This document shows, one piece after another, positions 10,025 through 20,008 of a DNA stretch of 64,000 nucleotides. Below the pieces are notes generated by a model, which was not told where the DNA came from, ran no database searches, and saw nothing but the letters and a program-made list of their open reading frames with translations. Source of the stretch: Methanomethylovorans hollandica DSM 15978. Its GTDB lineage: Archaea; Halobacteriota; Methanosarcinia; Methanosarcinales; Methanosarcinaceae. The stretch lies in the NCBI RefSeq assembly GCF_000328665.1, contig NC_019977.1, positions 124,001 to 188,000 on the forward strand, in the 5' to 3' direction. Within the stretch, counting starts at the first letter, position 1, and every line of letters starts with the position of its first letter. A program made the translations under genes and the position numbers.

Positions 10025-10256
10025 CGATTCCTTCGTTTCCTGAACTTCTTTTGGTAATTTGCGGCTTATATTTGAGTTCTAAGCTCTAATTTAAAAATGG
10101 ATATGGCCTTATATTAGAATTGCTATACAATTGTATATACTAATTATCATAATAATGAGATAACTTTTCTAATCATTCCGAACAGACATCAAATGTGAGA
10201 AATAGAAAGAAAAAACAACAAAAAATAATGAAAAGTAGTATGTAGCAAAAATCTTA

Positions 10257-10808
10257 CTAAATTCCTTCAGAAACCTCGCAGACTTGCAATATTGCAGCTT
10301 CTGGGTGGGCATGTATCACTTCATCAAGCTGCTCTTTGCAGTCAGAGAGTATGTCAGAAAAAGTACTGTCCTTCTCAATGAAGTCTACTATAGATTCATT
10401 ATCTGTGAGTTCTACAACATCAAAATCATTTACCATCAACATTATTTCCAGTATAGACCTCTTTATTGAACTCTCACCCTCCTTTTGTGCGCCTATGACA
10501 GCTTTATCATGGTGTTTAAGCTCACCATGCATTTTTTCAATTTCCGGAGAAAGGATGTCCATTCCAGCTTTCATGGCTGCGGATGCAGCAAGCACCTGGA
10601 CAATTAATATTTCATCAGCCTCGAACATATCTCCAATTTCTCTCATGGCTGCTATACATCCTTCATCAGCAAGTATCACAGGATCTATACCTGCTTGTAT
10701 ACCTTCCTTTACAGATGATTTAACTGCTTTTTCATCGCATTCCCGGATAGCCTTTTTTATCCCGAAAAGGATATTGTCTTTTGTTTTTTTCACATCATTT
10801 TTTAGCAC
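10257..10808 (-). CDS. Corrinoid-protein homologue (cap domain plus degenerate B12-binding domain)
   Basis: Cap-domain motif GIDPVILADEGCIAAMREIGDMFE..AMKAGM; DxHxxG region reads EGESSIK. Confidence 0.75.
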   Translation of the reverse strand: MLKNDVKKTKDNILFGIKKAIRECDEKAVKSSVKEGIQAGIDPVILADEGCIAAMREIGDMFEADEILIVQVLAASAAMKAGMDILSPEIEKMHGELKHHDKAVIGAQKEGESSIKRSILEIMLMVNDFDVVELTDNESIVDFIEKDSTFSDILSDCKEQLDEVIHAHPEAAILQVCEVSEGI

Positions 10809-11059
10809 AATAATACCTCTCGCATTCCTGTCAATGGTAAGGCAGGATCATTGGAACATATTCGACAAAAACAGAGTTGTATTTAAATCTGGCGAGAGAA
10901 TATGACAAATCATTATTAATTCATTCTATATTTATAAAAAAAGAAAAATTATAGCTGTGTATGCATCAAAATAGAACAAAATCATAACTAAAATAAAATA
11001 ATAATCTTTTCTACTGATTTTAGTGAATAAATTGTTCTATGTAAGAAAAGAAATGTTAA

Positions 11060-11079
11060 TACCTGCACGATTGCAGGTA
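11060..11079 (-). terminator. Hairpin just downstream of leuB, followed by a U-rich tract
   Basis: TACCTGCA-CGAT-TGCAGGTA perfect 8-bp stem 7 nt past the stop; minus-strand TTTCTTTTCTT follows. Confidence 0.55.
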
Positions 11080-11086
11080 CTGGATC

Positions 11087-12214
11087 TTAAATTGAAGAAA
11101 CTATTCTTGCAATATCGTCACCTACGTCAGATGTGGTTGATGTACCACCCATATCGTAGGTCTTTACCTTACTGTCAAGGATGTTCTTTTCAATAGCAGC
11201 AACTATTGCATCAGCAGCCTCTCCTTCTCCCAGCTGCTCCAGCATGAGGGAACCTGCCCAGATCGTAGCTATCGGGTTTACCTTGTTTTGTCCCTTGTAC
11301 TTTGGCGCAGAACCATGTATAGGTTCAAACATACTTGTGCCTTCTGGGTTGATGTTTCCTCCAGGAGCAAGTCCAAGACCGCCTTGTATCATTGCACCAA
11401 GGTCCGTTATAATATCACCAAACATGTTAGGAGTGACAACTACATCGAACCATTCCGGATTTTTAACAAACCACATGGTAATAGCATCCACATAGTTGAA
11501 ATCAGTTGTAATTTCTGGATATCCAGAGGCTATGTCCTGGAACTCCTGCCTCCAAAAACCATATATATCGGAAAGTACATTCGCCTTGTCCACAGATGAT
11601 ACGTGTTTCTTTTTCTTCAAAGCCAGATCAAAAGCATATTTGATCACTCTGCGTGTTCCTTCTTTTGAGATCATACCTATCTGATAAGCGATCTCCTCAC
11701 TGTCAGTTTCAATGTCAAGGTCGAACTTGGCAGAATAAAGATTCCTTTCAACCTCGAGTAGGTTCTTACTTACTCCCTTTTTAGCTTTTCCACCAATGCC
11801 TATGTAGAAATCTTCAGTGTTCTCTCTTACAACAGTAAAATCTATGTCTTTAGGAGTCTTGTCTTTTACAGGCGTCCACACACCCTCTAGTAATTTTATG
11901 GGTCTTAGGTTCACGTACTGATCAAAATAGAACCTTGCTGCCAGAAGAATTCCTTTTTCCAGCACTCCTGGGGCTATCCGCGGATCTCCGATAGAACCAA
12001 GGTATATTACGGGGTAGCTGGATAGTTCCTTGAGCGTATCAAGGGAGATCAATTCCCCGGTTTCAAGGTAGTGATCAGCGCCTTGAGGGAATTCTACCCA
12101 TTCAACATCGAACCCGAATTTTTCGCCGGCCGCATCTATGACCTTCTTCCCTTCAGCAACTATCTCTGGTCCGATACCATCACCGGGTATAACTGGAATC
12201 TTGTATTGTGTCAT
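11087..12214 (-). CDS. leuB: Isopropylmalate/isocitrate dehydrogenase family protein (probable 3-isopropylmalate dehydrogenase)
   Basis: [32 protein letters not shown]; adjacent to a leuD-type gene. Confidence 0.85.
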   Translation of the reverse strand: MTQYKIPVIPGDGIGPEIVAEGKKVIDAAGEKFGFDVEWVEFPQGADHYLETGELISLDTLKELSSYPVIYLGSIGDPRIAPGVLEKGILLAARFYFDQYVNLRPIKLLEGVWTPVKDKTPKDIDFTVVRENTEDFYIGIGGKAKKGVSKNLLEVERNLYSAKFDLDIETDSEEIAYQIGMISKEGTRRVIKYAFDLALKKKKHVSSVDKANVLSDIYGFWRQEFQDIASGYPEITTDFNYVDAITMWFVKNPEWFDVVVTPNMFGDIITDLGAMIQGGLGLAPGGNINPEGTSMFEPIHGSAPKYKGQNKVNPIATIWAGSLMLEQLGEGEAADAIVAAIEKNILDSKVKTYDMGGTSTTSDVGDDIARIVSSI

Positions 12215-12250
12215 ATTCCTTCCTTCTTAAATTGATATTTGTTTTTGTAT

Positions 12251-12733
12251 TTACCTGACCATCTTTTTGGCATACTCTATTAGCCCGCCGGAATCCACAA
12301 TTCCCCTTACGAAATCCGGAAGTGGGGTTGCCTGATATTGTTCGTTCTTTGTCATATTCTTTATGACCCCTGTGGCAAGGTCCACTTCCAGGATATCACC
12401 GTCATCTATCCTGTCCGCTTCAGAACATTCAAGAAGTGGGACCCCTATATTTATGGCATTTCTGAAAAATATGCGTGCGAAAGATTTTGCTATAACGCAA
12501 CCTATCTTTGTTCCTTTGAGTGCCAAAGGCGCATGTTCTCTCGAAGAACCACAACCAAAATTGTTACCTGCAACGATTATATCATTTTCTTGCACTTTCT
12601 TTGGGAACTCAGCTCTCACTCCCTCAAAAGCATGTGCTGCAAGTTCTTCAGGTGTGTTCATTATGAGATACCTGCCCGGGATCACAGCATCGGTATCGAT
12701 ATCATCCCCAAATTTCCAAACTTTTCCTTTCAT
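12251..12733 (-). CDS. leuD: 3-isopropylmalate dehydratase/homoaconitase small subunit
   Basis: [36 protein letters not shown]. Confidence 0.9.
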   Translation of the reverse strand: MKGKVWKFGDDIDTDAVIPGRYLIMNTPEELAAHAFEGVRAEFPKKVQENDIIVAGNNFGCGSSREHAPLALKGTKIGCVIAKSFARIFFRNAINIGVPLLECSEADRIDDGDILEVDLATGVIKNMTKNEQYQATPLPDFVRGIVDSGGLIEYAKKMVR

Positions 12734-12878
12734 GTTATCACAGCCAGAATACTATTATGATAGTCATTCTGTCAGCTTTCCAGTAACTGACATCCAGTAA
12801 CTAAACACAATAATCCTAAATAATACTAATGTAAAGTGGTTAGTAGTTTGTACATCCACTGAGGTATGTTTATTCAAT

Positions 12879-14171
12879 TTATTGATTTTTATGGCCCAAT
12901 GCACTGGGTTCATTTCCTCCATGCCAGCTAAGTCGTGGACGCATCTTTATCACATGAGCAGCTTCTGTGGTGTCGTCAAGTATAAATGCTATTCCCTGCT
13001 CCATTCCTATTTTCCGGATGGAATCTCCAATATTCTCTTTCATATAGCTCGGTCTGAAAGATTCAAGGGCATTGATATCTTCAGCTGCTGTCAGACGGTG
13101 GCATATCAGTATATCAGACTGTGAAGCGACTTCAGGATCAAGGGCTGAAGGACGTTGTGTGGCAAGTATTAATGAAAGACCGGGCTGTCTACCCTGTCTG
13201 AGCCATTCATTGATAAGTATGTCTGAAGCAAGTGTCTTTCTCCCAGTGGGTACAAAAAGATGAGCCTCGTCTATGAACATCCATATCATAGGCATGCCTG
13301 TATTGTCTTGTGCACATCCCATTGCCATGCGTTCCTCTGATCTGCGTGCCTCAAGACGCTTATAATAAATTTCCTTGCTGATCTGCCCAACAACAGCTGC
13401 TCTTACATCATGATCTCTAAGAGTGCTAACATCGAGCACTGTTGTGCACCCCCTACCCACGAGGTCTTTCACATGCACTCCTTCTTCAGTGAAAACGCCC
13501 CATGAAGATGCATTTCTGATGTAGTTTTCAGCAGCACTCTTAGTTACATTGTCAGCTCTTTCGTCTTCCATCACCATGTCCATTATCGTATCGAAGGAAA
13601 ATCTTTCATGCATTGATCTGAGTTCTGCAATTACTCTGATAAAAAGCACTCCCAGAGGAGAAACTTCATCGATGCTGAACAGCTGACACCATGAATACCC
13701 ATCCATTGAGGAAATGGGTATAGAATATGGAAGTGCCTCTATCTGTTGTTCATCATACTTTTTTATACTTCCAGAAGGCACGAATAATTTTATGTTTATT
13801 TTGTTTGGGTTCAGAGACCATTGGTTTAATAAGATTTTCTGTGGCTCATTAGCTTTTTCCATTGTCCAGAAGATACCCATAGTATCTATCACAAGAGAAG
13901 CAATATTATTTCTTATATGTTGAGGGAGTAATGATATCTCTTCTACAAGGGTACCCATTGTATAGGACTTTCCATATCCTCTTTTACCACAGATCAAAAT
14001 GCAATGAGGTCCAAGTGCATCCAATCCTACATGCGATGCAGCTGAGCCGTCAAGTGCAAGATATCTCCCAAGGTTAAGAAGACCCTGTTCCCCACCACTT
14101 CTTCTGCCAAGAACATAACGGTTTTTGGCAACTCCCGCTTCAACAGTATTGGATATAGCATTCATATACAA
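12879..14171 (-). CDS. HerA/FtsK-superfamily (DUF87-like) P-loop ATPase
   Basis: Walker A GKRGYGKS, Walker B MFIDEAH, RQGRQPGLSLILATQRPS. Confidence 0.8.
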   Translation of the reverse strand: MYMNAISNTVEAGVAKNRYVLGRRSGGEQGLLNLGRYLALDGSAASHVGLDALGPHCILICGKRGYGKSYTMGTLVEEISLLPQHIRNNIASLVIDTMGIFWTMEKANEPQKILLNQWSLNPNKINIKLFVPSGSIKKYDEQQIEALPYSIPISSMDGYSWCQLFSIDEVSPLGVLFIRVIAELRSMHERFSFDTIMDMVMEDERADNVTKSAAENYIRNASSWGVFTEEGVHVKDLVGRGCTTVLDVSTLRDHDVRAAVVGQISKEIYYKRLEARRSEERMAMGCAQDNTGMPMIWMFIDEAHLFVPTGRKTLASDILINEWLRQGRQPGLSLILATQRPSALDPEVASQSDILICHRLTAAEDINALESFRPSYMKENIGDSIRKIGMEQGIAFILDDTTEAAHVIKMRPRLSWHGGNEPSALGHKNQ

Positions 14172-14471
14172 TAAAATATATAGAAAATATATATTTATTT
14201 CTATATGCTTGCCTGGTTGTCAGTCATTTAATATTAAAAACTATCTTTCACAGCAACAATGTACAAATCGTGTATTCCTTTGTAATATTAGGGTATACAA
14301 TGATTAAAACGAAAAGTATAAATTCTACTGCACTGAATCCACCTAGAGGAATCTCCCGTGCATAAAAAATCACTCCCATAGATGCCATTATATTTAATGG
14401 ATCTTTTGGTTTAATGAGATATTATTCCCCGTAATTCACCCAAAATCTGAGAGGTTCCTCATTTTCTCTCT

Positions 14472-14790
14472 CTATTTCGCATAAGGATCTGTCTTTTTCC
14501 AAGAATAATGAATTTTAAGCCTACCTCTGGCTGCAAGTCTTCCTGTTGCGGCAGAGTTGACCAGGTCTCTTGAAAGGCCGGTGCGGTCTCCGGCAGTCAT
14601 ATCTTTCAGAGTATTACTTATTATATTCTTGTCAATTCTTGCTTTAGTGCAGCGTCGATCTGTGTGCAGTTCTCCATCCTCTGTAATACGGTTTTTCCAC
14701 CACCAACGCCGCATATTGATAACGCGCAAGTTCCCTTGCAGCAAACATATTTGCAGGACCTGCCCCCAATATGATAACGTAATAATCAGA
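14472..14790 (-). pseudogene. Remnant of FAD-dependent oxidoreductase (COG2509-like), internally deleted and frameshifted
   Basis: One frame gives YYVIILGAGPANMFAARELA..ALVVEK (Rossmann N-terminus); another gives ARIDKN..AGDRTGLSRDLVNSAATGRLAARG (family C-terminus). Confidence 0.75.
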
Positions 14791-14841
14791 TATATTTAAT
14801 CAGATATATTAATTAACCAGATATATTCAATCAGATATATT
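14784..14841. repeat. Four tandem copies of AA(T/C)CAGATATATT
   Basis: Copies start at 14784, 14798, 14815, 14829. Confidence 0.9.
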
Positions 14842-14898
14842 AATAGAAGATGCTCTGCACATTATCCTCCATTATATGGACAATGCGCAATATGTGTT

Positions 14899-15966
14899 TC
14901 AAGATAAAATCTTATCCAGTTGTTTCATCTTCCGGGCAAGGGAAATTTCCTGCGCTATCCGTCTTCCTGTTGAAAGACCAGGTTCTATTAAGTCTGAATA
15001 CGGGGAGCCTGAAGGATAAAGATTTGTACCTGCAACTATGCGGGCTGATATTTCAAAGACCTTGATCTCAAGTTTATCGGTGAACACTGTCTCAAGGCAG
15101 AAGGGACCTATCATACCATCGAACAGTTCCAGGGATTCTTCCACAACTCTCTCACCAAGTTCAAATATAAGCGGGAGCAACGATTCTCTTGCAACAAGCG
15201 GTACGTTTCCAGTGACAACGTATGTGGGGTGGATCCCTGCATCTTCCAGTTCTCTGGGGGAACCCAACCTGAAGATCTCGTCAGCATTAGATTCTACGCG
15301 TCTGTCCATACTTAGCATTTCCAGCACACCAGTGCTTATTGTATAGCCTTCTGTTTTCAGGGGTGAATAGAAGAAATGAAGATAATACCTTGTACCCACT
15401 ATAAATTCCTGGATATTGTATTTAAGAGTCTTGTCGACATTCTCAAGGAACTCTTCGTAATTCTTGGCAATAAAAAACCCACGCCCTCCTTTAGCACCAT
15501 GGTATTTTACCATAACAGGTCCATCGATATCTTCAGGTTTCACCAATTTTGGCATGTGGATTCCTGCACCTTCCAGCCATTCTCTTTCCTTGTTCCTGTC
15601 AGATTCCCATTCAAGTACTTTCCTGTTACCAAAAGTAGGTACTGGAAAATCAGTGAATTTGTCGGTACCCAGGTATTCAACAAAAGAGCCATGTGGCACA
15701 ACAATAGCATTTTTCATTACAAGTTGTTCCGCTATGGACGGAATGTCTTGATAGCTATCTACTACTATGAACTCATCAGGCTTTGCTTTAGGAAAAGCAT
15801 CATAAAACTTAGGAGGTTTTTTAACGCAGATGCCAATGGTCTTGAAACCTTCCTTCCTTGCACCGTCAAATATCTGAAGGCTCGAATGAGAGCATACAGT
15901 TGCAATTGCAAGTTTATCCAGATCATAGGTTTCGAGTATTCTCATGATTTGGTTTTTTTCGATCAT
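14899..15966 (-). CDS. purP: Formate-dependent AICAR formylating ATP-grasp enzyme (PurP family)
   Basis: CSHSSLQIFDGARKEGF, GAKGGRGFF, FEISARIVAGTN. Confidence 0.92.
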   Translation of the reverse strand: MIEKNQIMRILETYDLDKLAIATVCSHSSLQIFDGARKEGFKTIGICVKKPPKFYDAFPKAKPDEFIVVDSYQDIPSIAEQLVMKNAIVVPHGSFVEYLGTDKFTDFPVPTFGNRKVLEWESDRNKEREWLEGAGIHMPKLVKPEDIDGPVMVKYHGAKGGRGFFIAKNYEEFLENVDKTLKYNIQEFIVGTRYYLHFFYSPLKTEGYTISTGVLEMLSMDRRVESNADEIFRLGSPRELEDAGIHPTYVVTGNVPLVARESLLPLIFELGERVVEESLELFDGMIGPFCLETVFTDKLEIKVFEISARIVAGTNLYPSGSPYSDLIEPGLSTGRRIAQEISLARKMKQLDKILS

Positions 15967-16095
15967 AATTGTGCCCCAAAAAGTTACATTATATTGTTCT
16001 ATCTATTTTTTAAGTTTGCGGAATCACTCCTATAACTGCGAATAGCTTCGAAGTTTACGGAAAAGTTATGAGGTTCGTTGTGGTTATTATAAAAC

Positions 16096-16995
16096 ATGCA
16101 AGAAACAAAGGAAGCAGACAATAATTCCGACAAAGTGCTGGTCTTACCCCTTAATGAGAATTCTAAAAAGATAACACAGGCTCTCTCTAATGAAAAAGCT
16201 CTCAAGATGCTGGAGATGCTGGCAGACAAACCCATGTCTGCCACAACGTTATCTGAAACGATGGGTCTGCCCCTTACAACTATTAAATATAATCTAGATA
16301 GCCTTATCGAAGCTGATCTCATTAAGGTAAAAGAAACAAAATGGAGCCAGAAAGGCCGTGAGATCAAAATATATGAGCCTGTACAAAAACTCATCGTAGT
16401 GGTTCCAGGTACAAAGAACGTCGATAGATCATCTATCATGGGTATGTTGAAAAAATACCTGGGTCTTTTCATGGGTGCAGTATTTGCAGCTACAGGCATA
16501 GAATTCCTAGCGCGCCGGATAGGTCTGTCTCCTTCGACAAATAATTATCCTGCATCCCTTGAAAAGGCTGCAATGAAATCAGGTGAATATGGTACATCTT
16601 TCAATGAAAGTCTTCATCCACGTATCGGAGTGGCAGATCAGGCAAATATAGCAGATGAGACCTCTCCTATGCTATCGACAATGATCTCTAATGATAGTTC
16701 AGAAGCTACTATCGCGGGCTCTGGTCAGGCTGTTAATGCTCCTCAGGTGATTCCTTCGGAAGGCCTGACAACATATATGAATACAACAGAATCGAACACA
16801 ACAGATCTTAATTCAAATATAATACCTGTACAATCTCCGCCAGTCGAAGATGCAACAGTTCTCACAGGTACAAGTTCTGGTCTCATCCCGCCTGACCTTC
16901 TGGCTCATGTGAGTATTTGGTTCTTTTTTGGATGTCTATTTGTAATAATATTTATGCTGATGAGGGAAGTATATTATAGAAAAAAGGTTGTATGA
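16096..16995 (+). CDS. ArsR-type winged-HTH regulator with two TM helices
   Basis: N-terminal ALSNEKALKMLEML..LPLTTIKYNLDSL..GREIKIY; TM at about aa 120-140 and at the C-terminus. Confidence 0.8.
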   Translation: MQETKEADNNSDKVLVLPLNENSKKITQALSNEKALKMLEMLADKPMSATTLSETMGLPLTTIKYNLDSLIEADLIKVKETKWSQKGREIKIYEPVQKLIVVVPGTKNVDRSSIMGMLKKYLGLFMGAVFAATGIEFLARRIGLSPSTNNYPASLEKAAMKSGEYGTSFNESLHPRIGVADQANIADETSPMLSTMISNDSSEATIAGSGQAVNAPQVIPSEGLTTYMNTTESNTTDLNSNIIPVQSPPVEDATVLTGTSSGLIPPDLLAHVSIWFFFGCLFVIIFMLMREVYYRKKVV

Positions 16996-17011
16996 GGATT
17001 AGTGAGACTAA

Positions 17012-17821
17012 ATGAGGGTTGCACTTAAGATCGCATATGTGGGAACAGGTTATCACGGATCTCAGATCCAGTCAGATGTTGCCACCATTGAGGGTGAGCT
17101 CTTCAACGCCTTAAAAGAGCTGGACATAATAGATGATCCAAAGACAGCATCTTTCCAGAGCTCCGGAAGAACAGATGCGGGAGTACATGCAAGAGGGCAG
17201 GTTGTAGCTTTCAATACTGATAAGCCTAACCTTTCGATCCCAAGGGTCATTAATTCTAAACTACCTAACTCTATATGGGCATGGGCACACGCAGAAGTTC
17301 CTTATGACTTTGATCCAAGAAGAGATGCAAACAGCAGGGTGTACAGGTATATCATGAGTGGAGAGCAATATGATATATCCAGGATAAGGTCTGCTTCAAA
17401 GATATTGGCTGGAGAGCATGATTTTTCAAATTTTTGCAGCAAAGACGAGGATAAAAGTACAGTCAGAGATGTAAAAAGAATAGATGTCAGGGTAAGTGGA
17501 GCCCTTACAAAGATTGACATAGAGGCAAATAGTTTTCTTTGGAACATGGTGCGTAAAATTGTCACCGCTCTTACAATGGTGGGAAGCCTTATCAGAGATG
17601 AGGCGTGGCTAAAGCAGATGCTTGAACCTGAATCATATGAAGAGGGATTGGAACCAGCTCAATCTTATGGTCTTACTCTTATGGAAGTAAAATATCCGAT
17701 GCCTATACAGTGGGTATATGATTCTTATTCACTACGCAGAGCTTCTGAAAAGGTACAGGAATATCTTGTGAGGCATCGTGTGATGGCAGAGGTCATGCAA
17801 GAACTAGTGCCAAAAGATTGA
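17012..17821 (+). CDS. truA: tRNA pseudouridine(38-40) synthase
   Basis: SGRTDAGVHA catalytic motif, FLWNMVRKIV. Confidence 0.95.
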   Translation: MRVALKIAYVGTGYHGSQIQSDVATIEGELFNALKELDIIDDPKTASFQSSGRTDAGVHARGQVVAFNTDKPNLSIPRVINSKLPNSIWAWAHAEVPYDFDPRRDANSRVYRYIMSGEQYDISRIRSASKILAGEHDFSNFCSKDEDKSTVRDVKRIDVRVSGALTKIDIEANSFLWNMVRKIVTALTMVGSLIRDEAWLKQMLEPESYEEGLEPAQSYGLTLMEVKYPMPIQWVYDSYSLRRASEKVQEYLVRHRVMAEVMQELVPKD

Positions 17822-17860
17822 GGTCCTTTTCTAATTGCAGTAGTATTAGGTGAATATGTA

Positions 17861-18454
17861 TTGAATGTCCAGATGGCTACAAATATTGCTTCTTCCATCA
17901 AAATCAATGACTTCGATGTACCTTATGAGTTAGTACGGCGAAAAGTCAAAAATCCGAGGCTGGAATTTAGGAATGGTAGCCTCAAGCTAGTGGTACCTAA
18001 TGGGTTTAAAGAACATGAAAAACTGCTAAATAAACACAAATCATGGATATTCCAGCGATTCATTGCTTACAAACAGAGGCATCTGTTTTCTTCGGAGATA
18101 GAACTTAATTCTGCAAGGACCAAAGTTCAATTCCAGGAATATGTTGATTTTTTGATCTCCTATATAGGTACTGAACTTGGTGTCTTCCCGAAGAAGGTGA
18201 CATTCAGGAAGATGCGCACTAAATGGGGAAGCTGTAGTTCAAAAGGGAACATCAGTCTGAACACTTATTTGATCTTCTTGCCTGAAAGGCTGGTGGACTA
18301 TGTTGTGTTCCATGAGATGGTCCATCTAATAGAAATGAATCACGGACCCAGGTTTAAGGAAATTGTACGTAATAGGTTCCACGAGCATAGGATTCTTGAA
18401 AAACAGCTGCGTGAATACTGGCCCGTTATCATGGATAAGTATTCTATTCAATGA
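17861..18454 (+). CDS. YgjP/DUF45-like M48 metallopeptidase family protein
   Basis: MRTKWGSCS, YVVFHEMVH, NHGPRF. Confidence 0.85.
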   Translation: MNVQMATNIASSIKINDFDVPYELVRRKVKNPRLEFRNGSLKLVVPNGFKEHEKLLNKHKSWIFQRFIAYKQRHLFSSEIELNSARTKVQFQEYVDFLISYIGTELGVFPKKVTFRKMRTKWGSCSSKGNISLNTYLIFLPERLVDYVVFHEMVHLIEMNHGPRFKEIVRNRFHEHRILEKQLREYWPVIMDKYSIQ

Positions 18455-18493
18455 TCTATAAGAAATAAGTTCTCGGCCATCTATGACCGTACA

Positions 18494-20008
18494 TCAATTT
18501 CCTTCATATCCTAATTCCTTGGCCCTGCTATAGGATGCAGCAGCCTCAGTACCTTTTCCAGCTTGGTCAAGTGCGATGGCTCTATTATACCATGCTACGG
18601 CATAATCAGGATTCAATTCGATGGCCTTATCGTATGCTTGTATCGACTCGTCAATTTTTCCCATCCTTCGAAGTGTATTCCCCTTGCTGTACCACGCATC
18701 AGAATTCTCAGGATTCAGTTCTATTACCTTGTCGAATACTTGCTCTGCTTCCTCTAGTTTTCCCATCCCATATAGTGTATAACCTTTGTGCATCCAGGTC
18801 CAGCTATTCTGTGGATTCAGTTCTATAGCTTTATCGTATGCCTGTATTGCTTCATCATATTCGGCCATCCTGCGCAGTGAATTACCTTTACTATCCCAGG
18901 CTGCATCGTTCTGCGGCTCGAGCTCTATGACTTTATCAAATGCCTGAATTGCATTTTCATACTCATTTATATTATAATGTGCCCTGCCTTTATCATTCCA
19001 GGCTTCTGCATACTGTGGATTGATCTCCGTGGCTTTATTAAGGTTCTCCAGTGCTTTTTCGTATTCCTTCATCTCATAAAGGGCAGTACCTTTGTAATAC
19101 CATATTTCTGCATCCAGTGGATCTAGCTGGATAGCTTTATCAAATGCCTGTATTGCTTCTTCGTTTTTTCCCATCTCATTAAGAGCATAACCTTTGTAAT
19201 TCCAGGCTTTCGCATCCTGTGGCTCGATTTCTATGGCTTGGTCGCATACCCGGATAGCTTCCTCGTATCTTCTCATTTGATTTAAGAGATAACCTTTGTT
19301 ACTCAGGGCTGTACTGTACTGGGGGTCAAGCCCTATAGCATTGTTCAATGCCTCCATTGCTTCGTAATTCATACCAAGCTCAATGTAAGAAACACCTTTA
19401 TAATTCCAAGCCTTTGCATCCTTTTTGTTTATTCCGGTGGCTTTGTCAAATGCTTGTATAGCTTCTTCATATCTTTTTGTATAATAGAGGACATACCCCT
19501 TGTTATACCAGGCCATGGCGAACCGTGGTTCCAGTTCTGTGGCTTCATCATATGCTTGTATTGCTTCTTCATATTTTTTTATATGGAACAATGCAATGCC
19601 TTTATTGTACCAGGCAAAGCCATCCAGTGGGTCCAGTTCTATTGCCTTGTCATAAGCTTGTATAGCTTCCTCATATCTCCCCATCTTCCGAAGAGCAATT
19701 CCCTTCTCGCTCCAGAATTTTACATTATTGGGCTTAAGTTGTATGGCTTTATCATATGCCTGTATCGCTTCTTCATTCTTTCCAGTCTCAGAAAGTGCCA
19801 TGCCTTTACCGGCCCAGGCATCTGCGTTTTGAGGGTTTAATTCTATAGCTTTATCAAATGCCTCAATTGATTCGGAATATTTCTCCTCTTCAAAAAGTTC
19901 ATTACCTTTCTTGGTAAACTCTTTCGAATCATCGGTTCCAATACACCCCACACAGAAAACTGCAGTAAATACTAAAACCGGGATCACATATTTCATATTC
20001 ACTAACAT
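18494..20008 (-). CDS. Tetratricopeptide-repeat lipoprotein
   Basis: Lipobox-like VGC; about 13 tandem 34-aa repeats (AW.NKG..L....YEEAIQAYDKAIEL.P). Confidence 0.9.
   Translation of the reverse strand: MLVNMKYVIPVLVFTAVFCVGCIGTDDSKEFTKKGNELFEEEKYSESIEAFDKAIELNPQNADAWAGKGMALSETGKNEEAIQAYDKAIQLKPNNVKFWSEKGIALRKMGRYEEAIQAYDKAIELDPLDGFAWYNKGIALFHIKKYEEAIQAYDEATELEPRFAMAWYNKGYVLYYTKRYEEAIQAFDKATGINKKDAKAWNYKGVSYIELGMNYEAMEALNNAIGLDPQYSTALSNKGYLLNQMRRYEEAIRVCDQAIEIEPQDAKAWNYKGYALNEMGKNEEAIQAFDKAIQLDPLDAEIWYYKGTALYEMKEYEKALENLNKATEINPQYAEAWNDKGRAHYNINEYENAIQAFDKVIELEPQNDAAWDSKGNSLRRMAEYDEAIQAYDKAIELNPQNSWTWMHKGYTLYGMGKLEEAEQVFDKVIELNPENSDAWYSKGNTLRRMGKIDESIQAYDKAIELNPDYAVAWYNRAIALDQAGKGTEAAASYSRAKELGYEGN

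Noticed and set aside
10254..10259. Pyrrolysine read-through of the TAG ending the corrinoid-like gene
   Set aside because: TAG is immediately followed by TAA, so read-through would add only one residue
14472..14744. 90-aa track ORF as a novel small protein
   Set aside because: Better explained as out-of-frame pieces of a deleted FAD oxidoreductase gene
14784..14841. Tandem repeat as a mini-CRISPR array
   Set aside because: 13-bp units with 1-4 nt between copies; no spacers and no cas genes
17861..18454. YgjP-like peptidase as a marker of a type I restriction or defence island
   Set aside because: No hsd, methylase, integrase or other defence genes adjacent
18494..20008. 102-bp periodic DNA repeats
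   Set aside because: Fully explained by TPR coding repeats
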